The notes beneath the pieces are model-generated. The model ran no database searches, had not been told where the DNA came from, and was given only the letters and a program-made list of their open reading frames with translations. Made by a program: the position numbers and the translations under genes. From Vicugna vicugna (Eukaryota), in the NCBI GenBank assembly GCA_013265495.1, contig MU058221.1, positions 2,914,001-2,978,000 on the forward strand: a stretch of DNA of 64,000 bases. The letters are read 5' to 3'. Shown here in pieces: positions 38,431 through 52,281 of this stretch. The first letter of the stretch is position 1. The number at the start of each line of letters is the position of its first letter.

Positions 38431-39499
38431 GAAAGTGATCTAGGCTGCTAGTAACCACAGATAACCAACAGAAACAAATGAAATTCCTTTTAGAAGGAAC
38501 AGGATCCAATAGAAATATCAAAGAAGTTCCATAGACAGTTTTCAAGGAACATAAACTCAGAATTTAAAAAAGAATCACAACACAGAAGCAAGGAACCATG
38601 AGCGTAATTGGAGGAAAGTTAAAAAGACAGTACAGTTAACTGTGCAATGATACCATGTATTTAATGTATCCAATGGAGACTTGCAAACAAGAATATACAT
38701 TGCACATCAAGGAATCAGAGATGTTTGATGGAAACAGACTGTAATTTAATTTTGGTGGAGATTGATGACTGAATATACTTGTCAGAAGCTTGCTGAATTG
38801 TACACCTACGTGAATGAATATTACTGTTTTTAAACTGAAACTCAAAAACTTGACTTAATGAAATAATTACCATCTATAAAGATCTTTGAAAAAGGAAACT
38901 GTGGGACACAGTTAAAGTGATCATTAGAGGGACGCTTACCGTTTTAAATGCCTCTAGTTGTAAAGAAGAAAGGCTGAAAATAAAAGCTCTAAAACATTAA
39001 CTTTAGACAATAGGAAATAAAACAAAATTGTCTAAAGAGAAAAGAAATAAGAGAATCGATGCTTACTGAATAGAATAGGAAACAAATATTCCAACAAGGA
39101 GATAAAAGTTGATTTTGGGGGAGGGGAGACGAATTAATTATTAATTGTTTTTAACTAATTATATATAATTATTTCTAACTAATTATACTAATTATAATTA
39201 ATTATTCAGTAGCCTTAATAGCAAGTTACCATCAGAACTTGTTTGGAAACTATTCAGTCAGTGAATGACGGCTGCCTCCATAACTTGCTTCTGAAAGCCA
39301 GCCCAGCAGCCACGGTCGCACTCTGAGAGCCAGGCTCCCACAGCTAGCAGCTAGCCAGTCATGGGACACTTGCATCTCCGTGACAGCGGCAATCCTCAAA
39401 CTCCGTGCTTGCCGAATCCTACATCCATGCTCTTTGGCTTGCTCAGAGAGATGGTCATAAATAAAGCTCTTTCAGATATTCAGTCATAGTTCTTTCATA

Positions 39500-41340
39500 T
39501 CAGATGCACACTAATCTCACTGTGGTCCCACAGAAGCATCCTCTTCTTCCTGTGTTTTCTAAGTGGTACCAAAATCTACACTGTCTTCCAAGCAGGAAAT
39601 CTGGGTTTCATACTGAACACTTGTCTCTCTCGACTTCATCTGAATCAGTTCTACCTCTTAAAAAATGCCTCTAGTCAGAAGCATAACCTTAGCTCCTGAA
39701 GCACCTGGACAGCTTTTGAAACTGCTCATGCTGCAGTGTAAACTTCGATTTAAACAGTCTAGGGCAAAGGTGTGTGTGCGCACGGGGCACCAGGATAGTT
39801 CAAATTTCCTTGGGTGCTTTAATGTGAAGCCAAAGTGGAGAACCAGGCACTGCCCCATCTGTCTGTTCACCTCCGTTATCACCTCGCATCAGGCCCCCAC
39901 AATTTCTCCCATGGATTACTAAAATCATTTTTAAGACCAGTTAGGCTCCTGGTCTCCAGGATGACTCACTTCAAATTCATTCTTTGCACAGCTGCATCGT
40001 AACTGTAGACACACAACCTTTCTCTGTTTATTAAAAAAAAAATCTCTCCACGACAGCCCATTAGTACAGGGTAAAGTCTAAGCTCTTATAACAAGTCCTG
40101 CGGCATCTTCTACCATATGCTCCTGTCTGACGATGCCTGGCTTCATCTCCTGTCTCTTGGCTTTTCAGTATAATCTAGCATCATTGAAAATGTTACTGTC
40201 TTATTTTTTTATTGACATATAGTCAGTTCCAATGTGTCAGTTTCTGGTGAACATAATGTTTCAGTCATCCCTATATATACATGTATTTGTTTCCATATGC
40301 TTTTTCATTATAAGTTACTACAAGATATTGAATATAGTTCCCTGTGCTATATTGAAGAAATTTATTTTTTATCTATTTTATACACAGTAGTTAGTATTCT
40401 CGAACTCCCAATTTATTCCTTCCCACCTTCTTTCCCCCTGGTAACCATAAGTTTGTTTTCTATGTCTGTGAGCCTCTTTCTGTTTCATAGATAAGTTCAT
40501 TAGTGTTTTCTTTTTTCTTCTCTTTTCTTTCTTTTTTTTTTAGATTCCAAACTGAGTGATATCATATGGCATTTTTCTTTCTCTTTCTGGCTTAATCCAC
40601 TTAGAATGACAATCTCCAGTTCCATCCATACTGCTGCAAATGGCATTGTTTTATTCTTTTTTATTGCAAAGTAGTATTCCACTGTATAAACAGACCACAG
40701 CTTCTTTGTCCAGTCATCTGTCAATGGACATTTAGGTTGTTTCCATGTCTTGGCTATTGTAAATAGTGCTGCTATGAAGATTGGGGTGCATGTATCTTTT
40801 TGAATTGAGGTTCCCTCTGGATATATGCTCAGGATTGGGGTCACTGGATCATACAGTAAATCAATTTTAAGTTTTTTGAGGAATCTATATACTATTTTCC
40901 TTAACAGCTACATTCCATACCAACAAGATTTCCACTGACAGTGTAGGAGGGTTCCTTTTTCTGTACACCTTCTCCAGCAGTTTTTGCTGTGGGAAAATGT
41001 TACTGTCTTATACACACATGGTTGTGCTTCTCTTCTGTCGAGACTGACTTTTTCCATCTCGTCAGCTGGCTAGCAATCCAGTTAGATTTATGTACTAGTT
41101 TATAAGACAGTCAGATGCTCTGTCTCCAGGATGCCGTCTTGGACTCTCCGAGGCAGGGTGCTGGTCTTCCTTACGCTCTCGTAACGTCCAAACTTACCTT
41201 CCTTATTCCCTGTAGCGTGTCTTATCATGTCCCTCATGTTTTCACCTCTTGCAGTAGGCTCTAAGTTCCTTGAGTCCACTCAGGGTTTGGTTCAACCCTT
41301 GACATAGTTTGGACTGATGGGAAGCACACTAATACATAAA
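39500..41340 (+). mobile_element. L2 remnant hosting a younger L1 (40205-40992) and a MER5-like piece (about 39660-39850)
   Basis: ccaagcaggaaatctgggt...cctggtctccagg...ggtaaagtctaagctctt...gtaggctctaagttccttgag motifs. Confidence 0.5.
40205..40992 (-). mobile_element. Lineage-specific L1, ORF2 C-terminus plus 3' UTR
   Basis: ORF 40500..40844(-) reads KDTCTPIFIAALFTIAKTWKQPKCP; perfect 19-bp TSD gaaaatgttactgtcttat at 40186-40204 and 40993-41011. Confidence 0.95.
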
Positions 41341-43291
41341 AACGAACATTTGTGCTCCACTTGCTCATAACAGCCATGCACACGTACGCAAAATGGTAAT
41401 AGAGTTGGACAAATGCAACAGTAGCCATATGAACACACATGAATAGAGGACAACAGAAACACAGCGGAGGAAGCAATTCACTCCGCGGAGTGTGGAAGGG
41501 ACGGGGCGGGGGAGGCGCTTGGGTTAGGAGAGCATCCTCCATCACCATCAAGAATTCCTTGATGCAACTGCCAGTAAAACATACGTAAGTTTCAGCAGCC
41601 CCAAAGAATCTTAGTGGCAGCTCCTTTTACTCGGCACCAGGATTCCTTTGCTTTCTCGAGTATCAGTGGTAGTCACCACATTTTCATTTCACGCACAGAG
41701 ACTCTGCTAGGAAACTTCCAAGTGGCAATTTACGGTAATGATGCCTGGTTACAATGCCTTGCACATGGTGACTTCTGCATAATATAGTACTTTCTCTGGC
41801 CTCGCCGAGGGAGCCGTCATAGAGCCATACATGGCACTGCTTGACTGTGTGGGCCACCATGTGAGCAGGGAGCGGAGAATGGGCTCTTTGCAATTTTTTT
41901 TTCCTGCCACGAGGTTGCCATTAGCATTGAACTCCCCTCTCCATTATGTACTTCTAAGCTTTCAGCAGCCCTAGTCACCAAGCACCTGAGCTTCCAAAAC
42001 TCCTAATGAAACGACCAAGACACAGAAGTCAAGACGTCTGGAGAATCAGTGGGTGACAGCGACATGTGCCTGGCACACTTCTGTTTCTCCTTCGAACACT
42101 TCCTCTTGCTCACAGATTCACTGCAGAAGCGTTCGCGTCAACTGGACTTTCTCTCTTGCTCTAACACACTGGAAATGCAATGTCTAGCAGCAGATTCATT
42201 ATCACAAAAATTAAGATGCGGCCAAACAATTTAGTTGTCTCGTGGGGTTCATTACAAAGTGACTCTACAGAAACCGTGTGAGAAATGGAAGCGGAGGGTC
42301 TACAGCACTGCATTTTCAAAGCATATTTGCTTTAAATCAGCTCCCTGGGGAGAATTTTCAATTTAAGAGCTATATTCACACTTTTAGGTCAGCAGGGTCA
42401 TATGTAGCACGCTGAGCAGTTCCTTTCTCACTAATTTTCTCCCGTCAGTGTTTCCTTATTGGCCTAAATGTGCTCATGCACTCGTCCAAAGCTTTTATTA
42501 ACATGTACTTGGAAATTCTGTTATTTTTCTTCATCATGGAATGTTTTACTTTTCTCAGATTAGTTCTTTTCCTCTGCAGGAAAGCTTTCTTTCCTTCCTC
42601 TCCACCTTTATTTTTTGATGTAATCGAACTCCAAAGAGGAAATTCAAGCTTCTCATTCTGGTCCATGAATGTCTGCAAACCACGAGATTGCCCTGTGCAT
42701 CAACAGGCAAGGGAAACCTACTATTTAGACACTTTTTAATGGTAAGTCTTTGGCGGTCACAGAAGAATGATCTCATTATCCCCAGTGGAGAGTAAATAGT
42801 AGTTAGAAACTGCCAGCCAGGGATATTTGAAAAGATGATGCCGAATTAAGTGAATGATGAGATTAAAACCATTTTTAAGCCCTTTTCAGTCATCTTAGAC
42901 TGCTGCTATGAAATTATTCCACATCATTTTTATCTTTACTGGAAATCTCACTTCATAGGTAAGATAGCACCCCTATTCTAAAGAGGGGAGACATGGAAAC
43001 CTATAGGTGGGTAATTCATATCTCCCCAACACTCCACCTGAAAAGGTCGATGGGGCTACTGGGAAAGCATCTCAATTTGCTGCTTTAATTCTCCCTGGCC
43101 AGTCCAAATATGGGTAAACATTTAGGAAAAAACAGAATTCTAATGTCTACCTTCAAGTACTGTGGTTTTATTAGTTTAAAGGCTAATATGTAGTAATAAG
43201 AAACTTTAAAATAGTTCATTGACTTAAGAAATTAGAGTTCATTTCCAGTTCATTTGACAGTCCAGGGTATGTGTTGCAAATTAGTATATAT

Positions 43292-43293
<2 letters not shown>

Positions 43294-43327
<34 letters not shown>
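43294..43327. repeat. (GT)17 microsatellite
   Basis: Directly visible. Confidence 0.95.
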
Positions 43328-43329
<2 letters not shown>

Positions 43330-44991
43330 CTGCTCACTTAGTCATTTAAGGGCCCTGATGAAAGCTCTGGCATCTTCAGCACATGGTTTGCCCAACAGGC
43401 TGGCTCTCCCAGAAGAGACATACATCACTTCAACTTTCATCGCATGGGCTAGAACTTACTCATAAAGCCACTGAAAACTTAAAGGGGGCAAAGAAATGAA
43501 GTTCAGTTGTGTAGGTAGGGAAAAATACTAGGGGAGGATTTTGTGGCTAGCTAGCTTTTTAGTTATGATTCCTGCTGATATTTTGAGAGGAATCCCTTGC
43601 GTAGAAGAAAAGCCCAACCTTTGTGGGGCAAGTATGCGGCAGCGGGGACCACTGTCAACCAGCAGGACACATGGGCCAGGGGAGGTCTTCTCAGGGCTCT
43701 GATGAAAAACCCTTTACATTCAGGATATACGAAATGATGTTTCAACTGGACACTTAATGATATTTTAACTGACCAGATTTTTTAAAACCTCTTGCTGTGG
43801 TGTGACATATACATTGTTTATTCCTTCTAAGCATGAGTTTCCTATTCACAAGAATATGCAAAACAGATCGCTGACAACCAACTCATGTCCATTTGAAGAA
43901 GCAGCTAATTCCACGTGTACAGAGTTTGGTACAGAAGGAAGGCACAAAAAAGTGATACTTTGCTTTTTCAGTCTTTTGGACCAAAACATTTTAAGTTCTC
44001 CTGGCCTCTGTGTTTTGCCTTTGCTGTTTTTCTCCTTGACTGACTCTATCTCACATTTCAATGTTTGACCAGAAACCTGTATTCTACCCACCATTCTAAG
44101 AAATAACCTCAAAGACCACCTCCCCCTTGAAGCCTCCCCAGATTCTCTCCTCTGGAGTCTCCCTCCCATTGTTACATTTTGTTTGTAACACTGATGATGT
44201 TATCATTTCTTAACTGAAATTGGAGTTGTTTTTAAGCTCCTTTTTATCTTCCGAAATACAAAATAACTCTTACAGTTCTCACCAAGATGTTTCCTTGAGG
44301 ATGTGCAACTTGGGTTGATCCTGGAAGAACAGAATTATTTAGGTGAGGGATGTAGATCTAACAAGAACACAAGGGGCCAAAAATGTGGTATTAAAATTAA
44401 AAAAATTTTAATGGGAATTGAGAGAATAATGCTGATAATCCATTATCAATGAGCAGTCATCACTGCCAGTCATTGAACAAATGCTCTCTGCTGTGAGCGA
44501 GCCCTTAGGGAGTACCCACATAGGGTTGCCAAAGATGTGTGGTCTGTTTTGAAGAGGTTTCTATGATGTAATTTTTTTTATTATTATCGTGGAAGAGAAT
44601 TTGCACTACTCCATTCGCATTCACATTCTCTCCCTAGAGATTAAATCAACACGCTTGAGCATCGACTGATTTGTGATGAGAATCTCATTCCTGGCCATGA
44701 ATTTTATATCGATTACTGAACCCACTCAGAAGCAAACCCCAGTCTCGTGGTCCTTTTCTAGCATTCTCTCTCCATTAAAAAGAGAACGTTAATTTTTGGC
44801 TCTGTGCCCAGGTCCCTGTACCCATGGGGCCTTATATAGATGTTCCAGAGTAAAATGTTACTCCAAAGGACAAGCTTAACTTATTTGCTAAAATGTTAGG
44901 TAATTTTAAATACTAGTTTTACATTAAAGTCCAGATACAGTATGAAGTAGTAAGTTACAATAGTATATATCTTAGAAAGAACATCGGAGCT

Positions 44992-45257
44992 CAAGGCGGT
45001 GGGAAGGGATGAACTGGGAATTCGAGATTTGCAGATACTAACTAATATATATATAAAACAGATGAACAAGTTTATACTGTACAGCACAGGGAACTATATT
45101 CAGTGCCTTGTAGTAACTCATGGTGAAAAAGAACATGAAAACGAATAATACGTATGTTCATGCATGACTGAAGCATTGTGCTGTGCACCAGAAATTCACA
45201 CAATATTGTAAACAAGACTATGCTTGAATTAAAAAAATATGTAAAATATAGCAAAAT
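44992..45257 (+). mobile_element. L1 3' tail (5'-truncated)
   Basis: gggaagggatgaactgggaattcgagatttgcagatact...; TSD approximately agaacatcggagct / agaacgtcagagtt. Confidence 0.9.
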
Positions 45258-46237
45258 AGAACGTCAGAGTTTAGAGAAACTGTACACTTACACTGGCTGT
45301 TTCGTCTTCCTTCTCAAGAGTCTTAGGTTACAAATCAACTCTTTGTTGCTCTTAGGAATTCTTTTCCTAGAAGAATTTGAGAGTCTCTGTTTCAGTCAAC
45401 TGTTGGATCATTAGGTCAATGAGAGTCGCATTTAGCCTTGTTCCCTCCAGTCGTCTGAAGGTCAAGATGAAGTGTGTTTCCTCTGCTGGCACCGTGTAGA
45501 GTGATGGGAACAGACCGGTTAATTAGTTGTGGCTCTGGGATCATGGGTTGAGGGATTTGGCCTCTATGTGGACATACTCTAAACTGCTGAACATGTCATC
45601 CTGGGCCAGTTGGGTCAAGCCTGCTCACAACTCCACTTCTGACTAGAATTTTAAGACTCTCTTTGTTTGACTTCAATTGCCTTTCCCAAAACATCTGCAG
45701 GAGGCACTCTGAAAGTATCTTCTGTGGCTCGATCCTTCAGAAAACCAGCGTCAGAAACTCAGGTCGAGATCTCTTGTAACATCAAGCCCCATTGATCCAC
45801 CAAAGCCCCATGTGCAAGGATTTAACGCTATTTTTGATGCTGTTCCATTAGGTAAATGTTGTATAGAGACAACCCTCCATCAAACTTGAGACGCGAGATG
45901 GATGGAGTCAGTGGCACCTTCTTATCCTTGCCCATGTTCTTTCATTATTTGGATGATGTCTACCTTCCAATTTTCCGAATTAAGGAGTGTTTATTTCCTA
46001 AGGGCAACCTGGTGAGTTCTGACTGCGCTGCTCTGGCCACCGCTGGGCTTTCCCCAGTACTGGCATCCAGTGGGCTCTTCCAGAAGCCCTTACCATAAAC
46101 AGCAATCAGAAAATCAACAGCAAACGTAGAATTTGACTCTGCCCCTACCCGGAAGACAAGCTTCATGTAGAGGAGGGTAGCTGGTGGCTGCTTTTGCAAT
46201 GCTCGGCATACCCACTTGTGATTTTGGAAACAGACAC

Positions 46238-46420
46238 TATAGCGTGGTGGTTAAACATGTGCTCTTTAATATTAAACAGGACCAGGCTTAACTTTATCCC
46301 ATGACACTTCATAAAAGTTTAATTTGGGACAAATTACTTAAGTAAACCAAGTTTTCTCCTCTGGAAAGTGGGTGCAATGAGAGCGCTGATCTTACAAACT
46401 TGTTTTCATCAAGTGAGCCC
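46238..46420 (+). mobile_element. MIR SINE
   Basis: tatagcgtggtggttaaacatgtgctct...tttgggacaaattactt...gttttctcctctggaaagtggg. Confidence 0.65.
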
Positions 46421-48560
46421 ACATTTGCATGACTCTTCGCTACAGTCTTAGTACCAATATTATGTTAGTGATCTGTTTCCAGATACTTTTTGTTTCCTTG
46501 ACTTTCCATCTATTTCTTTTTCATAGGCCTAAATTTTGAAATGCTCATTCTGGAAATTTTTACCTCCAGGTTCTGAAACTCTGTTGTGCAGCCCAGCTGG
46601 GAACCCTGCACACCAATTGTGGCCACTGGACACTTCTGTGCCTTCAGATTTGTTTAGCTATCCTGATTCTAACATCAACTTCATTCCATAATGCAGAACA
46701 CACTATTTTTTTTCCTCCATATAAACTGTTCTCTATTTTTCTCTCTCATCAGCACACTAGCTCAGCCATTTTATTCATGGTGTGACTTTGGTCCTGGGTC
46801 TCTCCTTAATTATGCTGCTCTGTCACTGTACGCCACCAGTGCCAACTCCTAGACTATGAGGCCCTTCTCTGGCAGTCCAGGGGTTCCTGGCTTCTTTACG
46901 CCTTCTTCTCTTTCTTGAGACTAGAACACCACATCTCAACAGGAGGAAAAATAACACCTGACTTACAGCCATGAGCTTTTCAACTTCCACTGGCAGTCTT
47001 CAGGACAGAGATTTTCGTCTTTCTTGGCACGTCTTGAACTGGGTTTTTTTCCTGCATCTAGATTAGAATCCATAAGCCTTTCTTCTCTTCAAAGTTGACT
47101 GATTCAATATTGGTCTGATGGATGAAAACTAAGGCAAGAAATCTGGCGGTTCAACACCATATTTGCTAGCTGGTTCCTAAGAAGTCTTATTCAGAAATTT
47201 CTTTTTACGTTTGGGAAAACTCGGGGTTGATCTTAGAGGGACAAGAACAGCACAGAGATTGAGGGGATAGTCCCTACTTATAGCACAAATAAAATAATTT
47301 TATAGCCTAGCCCTTGATAATTACCCGGCATAAACATCTGTTAAACACTTGCTGCTTTCAGAGACTGCTCCAGCACGTAAGTCACTGACAAAGGATGTCA
47401 ACAGTTAGATGAATGGAGACTCTTCAAGAGGAAATGGCACACTCAGGGCCAATGACAGCTGTAGGTAGAATAATTTCTTGTGATGTGAGGGCTAGAAGGA
47501 ACTTCCCTCATATGCCTACTTAGATACCCACCCTACTCCACTTGAGCATACAGCATATTTCAAGTTCAATTGCTTGGAATGTGTTTCTTCCAATCAAGGC
47601 TCTCCCCTTTTCAGGTTACATGTAGTATTGAAAGGAGCAGTGTACGGCTTGCACCACTCTGAGGCCTTTCTGACCTGTGAGTGAATCGCTCCTGGGCTCC
47701 CCGGTCTGGTGGTCGGCTGAAAGCAGGGAGGGGCAGGCAGAGAGAAGAAGGACACTTACATGTGAGTAGAAAGGTGAGCAGGGCAGGAGGGAACGGGGAT
47801 GCACTGGGGGTAAACCAGGCCTACTTCCCCGTTTGGATGGCCCCTCTTCTACATAGTCACGGGGGAAGTGGCACGATTTGCCCATGTGTCAATTTGGGAG
47901 CTGTCATCTATTAGAGAATTTCAGGTAGGGGAAGGGGAGAGTTTATGATAGTCCGACGGGTTGAGTCTCATCTCAGTGAAGATGCCAAAACATTCACCGA
48001 AACATTCTCATTCCCCTGGCCTTTATTTGACTCTGTGTTTCCCTCTGTCTTCCGGGTACAGGTCCCTAACTTGCACCACACAAGCGCAAGGTAGAACATT
48101 CTGAGTCTCAGTGCCAGGTTAGTTCTGCCAGATGGTTGGACCATCAGTCAGGACCCAGTCAGGCGACAGAAACCACACGTATGATTTCAGTGGAGGGAAT
48201 GTAATATAAAGAATTCTTAACCAGGCAGATAGTTGTTAACTGGGTAACTGAAAAGGCAGCAGGGGGACACCTAAGGTATCGAGGAGGTAGCAGCTGCAGG
48301 AAACCCCGTCCATCACTAAGGGCGAGATAACACAGGGAAGATGCTAGCATCATTAAAACTTACAAGCTTAATAGCTGAAACTCAGACAACGGGGGATGGG
48401 GCGCTGCTCGGCTGGGGCTGGCACCTCCGATCTTGGAGAAGGGACCTCATGAGGCTGGGACTCAGATCTCTGAGAAGGACACACTGGCCTGCTCTTGCTA
48501 CTGTCCCTGAGGTGAGCACAGTGAAGCTGAATAGGTAGTGTTAGAAAAATTGCAAACTGA

Positions 48561-50378
48561 CTTTTCATCAAAAAAAGCCTAGGACCTGACGTCTTCACAG
48601 GTGAATTCTACCAAGCACGTAAAGAATTGGTACCAGCCCTTCTCAAATTCTTCTAAAAGTCTAAAGAGAAGGGAACACTCTGCTCAAACTCATTTTATGA
48701 GGCCAGCATTACTGTCATACCAAGTCAGAAAGGGACACTACAAGAAAAGAAGATTCAGGCCAATATCCCTAATGAACACAGATGCAAAAATCTTGAACAA
48801 ATAGTAGCAAATAAAATTCAACACCACTTTAAAAGGGTTACATAACACAGTCAAGTGGGACATCTCTGGGATGCACACGCAAGGCAATAAATATGATGCA
48901 GCACATTGACAAATGAATGATAAAATTATATGATCATCTCAACTAGTGTAGAAAAAAGAGTTTGACAAAATTCAGCACTACTTCGTGATAAAAACTCTCA
49001 ACAATTAACTATAGAAAGATGTTCCCCAACACAATAAAGACCACATGTGATAAATCCACAACTAACATCAGACTCAATGGTGAAAAGGGGAAAGTTTTTC
49101 CCTGAAGATCACATAGAACACAAGCATGCTCACTCTCTCTGTTTCTAATCACTATAATACTGGAAGCCTGGCCAGAGCAATTAGCCAAGAAGAAACAACA
49201 AGACATCCAAATTAGAAAGGAAGACGTCAAATTGTCCGTTTGCAGATGGTATGATCTCGTATACAGAAAATCCTAATGACTTCACCCCCCCAAAAAAAAA
49301 CTATTAGAAATAAGAAATGAATTGTAAAGCTGTAGGATACGAAATTAACGTACAAAAATCAGTTGCCTTTCTATACATTAGCACAGATTATCCCCCCCAA
49401 CCCCCCCAGAAAAAGCAGTCCCATCTACAATAGCATTAACAAAAATAATGTTTTGGGATAAGTTTATCAAGGAGATGAAAGCTGTACACTTAAAACTGTA
49501 AATCTGATGAAAGAAGTTGAAGACAAATAAATGGAAAGGTATCCCGTGTTCATGGATTAGAAGAAGTCATATTAAAATTTCCATCCTACCGAAGGAACTG
49601 AATAGACCTTTTTTTCCAAAGAAGACATACTAATGGCCAACGGGTCCATGGAAAAGTGCTCAGTATTACTAATTATTAGGGAAGTGCAAATCAAAACCAC
49701 AATGAGATGCCACCTTATGCCTGTAAGAATGGCTATCATCAGGACGACAACAGCTAGCAAGCGTTGGCAAGGATATAGAGAAAAGGTGGGGATGTCAACG
49801 GACACAGCCATGATGGAATACGGTATGAAAGTTCCACAAGAAATTAAAACTAGAACTGCCAGATGATTGAGCAATCCTACTATTGGATACACACCCAAAG
49901 GAAGTGAAATAGGATCTCAAAGAGATGCCTTCACTCTGATGTTCACTGCAGCATTATTCACAGTAGCCAAGACATGGAGACAGCCCAGGTTTCCCTTGAT
50001 GGGTACATGAGTAAGGGACATTTATTTCTATAGAATTATTATATTATTTAGCCATGAGAAAGAAGGGAGTCTTGCCTTCTATGAGAGTATGTGTCAGTAT
50101 GGAGAACAGTATACTAAGTAAGGCAGACAAAGACAAATACTGCACAATATCCCATTTAAGTAGTATCTAAATAAAAATCAAACACATAGTAACAGAGGAT
50201 AGAATAATGGTCACCAGGGACTGGGATGGGGAAGATGGGGAGATGTTGGTCAAAGGAAACAAAGCTGAAGTTATGTAGGTTGAAGTCTGGAGAGCTAATG
50301 GATTGGCATAATGACTACACTTAATAATATTGTATTATTACACTGGAAGTATGTGGAGAGTGATTTCAGATGCACCTG

Positions 50379-50413
<35 letters not shown>

Positions 50414-50543
50414 AGCATCCAGGTAAAATGATGATACGTTAATTAGTAATCATTTCACTATGTGTATCGAACAATCATATTATGTAACTTTAGTATAGTC
50501 GCTATTTTATTAAAATACATAAATAGATGAAAAAAATTTAAAA
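48561..50543 (+). mobile_element. L1MA8/9-like LINE: ORF2 RT region to 3' UTR, internally deleted
   Basis: RPISLMNTDAKILNK (L1 RT), [16 protein letters not shown] (C-terminal domain) and an L1MA-type 3' UTR; TSD containing tgcaaactga at about 48551-48560 and 50550-50559. Confidence 0.9.
50380..50411. repeat. (CA)16 microsatellite in the L1 3' UTR
   Basis: Directly visible. Confidence 0.95.
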
Positions 50544-51610
50544 GAATCCTGCAAACTGAGTTCATTTGCTATGATGGGAAAGAACTGGTGATGAACCATT
50601 GCTGGGTTAAAATGACAGGGACAGAAAACAAAGAATCAAACAGAGAAAAGCAAGTCCCTTCCTCTCCCAGCTCTGAACCCTCCTGTTGGTACAGTCTACC
50701 CGAGAGCCAGCTGCCAAAGCAGAGATGCGGCTGCAGAATTCCAGCTGAGAGATAACAGAGGTCATCTCTTATCATAATTGACTCACAGGGATCAACTCCA
50801 GAGCCTCCTACGTCCCACAGTTCAGCTGACCAGCACTTGATGCAGGCACAGAGCAGATGCGAAAAAATGATATGATTCTAATTAAAGCATCGTTTAAAAC
50901 ATGTTCTTAACACCAAGTTTACGTGCTCTCATTCATTTTCCAAAATATTATTCACAGTGTGTGAGTGAGATTCAAGGTGAACTCAAGGAAGAGCCAGCTG
51001 TATGCACAAAGGATTAAAATCTACATCGTCCTACAACACTAAGAGCATTCATTAATTATGCACTCTGATGTTCAGGGGAAAATGCCTGGACTGGATACGT
51101 TGAATTGCACCATGAAAATGGCGGTGCTGTGGACGTCAGGGTTCATTTCAGAGGCATTCTGCACAGATTTGTTTCCACACAGTGTTGTATTGAATTCCCT
51201 TGTCCTTGTGGTATAATCTGCCTTAGAGAGAGAAGTAGAGCTAAATGACCTTTTAGGCTTTTCCTCAAGTCCAGTAATTATTTTTCTGTACCTTAGAGCA
51301 CACCTAGGAAACGCTCCCAAGTAATTAGCCCGCACTGGTTATTTCAAGTCGTTATCAAATCCTTGAAATGGGCCATGGAAAGCCCATTTCACTTTCTCCA
51401 TTTTGTTGCGAAAACACTGAATCAAGGGGCCAGAACAATGCCTAAAACTGACAGGTGGTCAGTAAGTTTTGTTAACTGATGAGTGAACGAATGGACGGAT
51501 GGAAGGGTGGATGGATGGAAGGAAGAGTAAGTGTGAAGAAGCACTTCTCATGATTCTTTGTGGAGCTTGTGAGAACTGTTTCCATATCTCACTGACGAAC
51601 TGAAAGATTG

Positions 51611-52281
51611 TGTGATGGATGATTTTTTGTGTGTCACCTTGACTGGGCCACGGATAGGGTGCCCAGATACTTGATTAAAGACTATCCTTTCGTTTCCGTG
51701 AGGGTATTTTGGGGTGAGATTAACATTAAAATCCTTGGAGGGAGCAGACTGATAAAGCTGATTGCCTTCCCTGACGTGGGTGGGTCTCACCCAACCAGCT
51801 GAAGGCCTGAAGAGACCAAAAAGGCTGACCCTTTCCTGAGCAAGACAGAATTCCTCCCGCCTGCCTGCCTTCAAACTGAGACGCTGGCTTTCTCATGCCT
51901 TTGGGCTGGAAGAGAAATATTGGTTCTTTCGGTGTCTCACCTGCTGGTCTTCAGGTGGGAGCTATCCTCTTGGTGATCCCACTGCTCAGGCTTTTGGGCT
52001 GAGCCTGGAACTACGCCACTGAGTCTCCTGGGTGCCATCTTGCGAACTCACTCTGCAGACCCTGGGACGTGTCAGCCTCCGTCATCCTGTGAGATCATTC
52101 CTTGTAATCACCCGGTCTCTCTTTCTCACTCTCTTTCTGTCTGTTCCTCTCTCCTCCCCCAACTTTATCTATGTAGATAGACAGATAGATGTTCATAGAC
52201 ACACGTATACACACACACATATGTGCACATTACATTGCTCATGTCTGTCAGTTCTGCTTCTCTGGAGAACTCTGACTAGCA
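51611..52281 (+). mobile_element. MLT2B-type ERVL solo LTR
   Basis: tgtgatgg...tgtgtcaccttgactgggccac...gtgcccagata...gagattaacatt...tctctggagaactctgactagca. Confidence 0.9.

Larger units (their letters stand above)
48146..50765 (-). mobile_element. Ancient LTR (LTR78/79-like), split by the L1 at 48561-50543
   Basis: tcagtcaggacccagtcaggcgacagaaaccacac...ggaatgtaatataaagaatt; resumes after the L1 with agagccagctgccaaagcagagatg. Confidence 0.5.

Noticed and set aside
39130..39210. Repeated ctaattata motifs
   Set aside because: Low-complexity AT slippage array with no further structure.
48601..49866. Functional reverse transcriptase gene
   Set aside because: L1 ORF2 remnant with many stops and frameshifts and an internal deletion.
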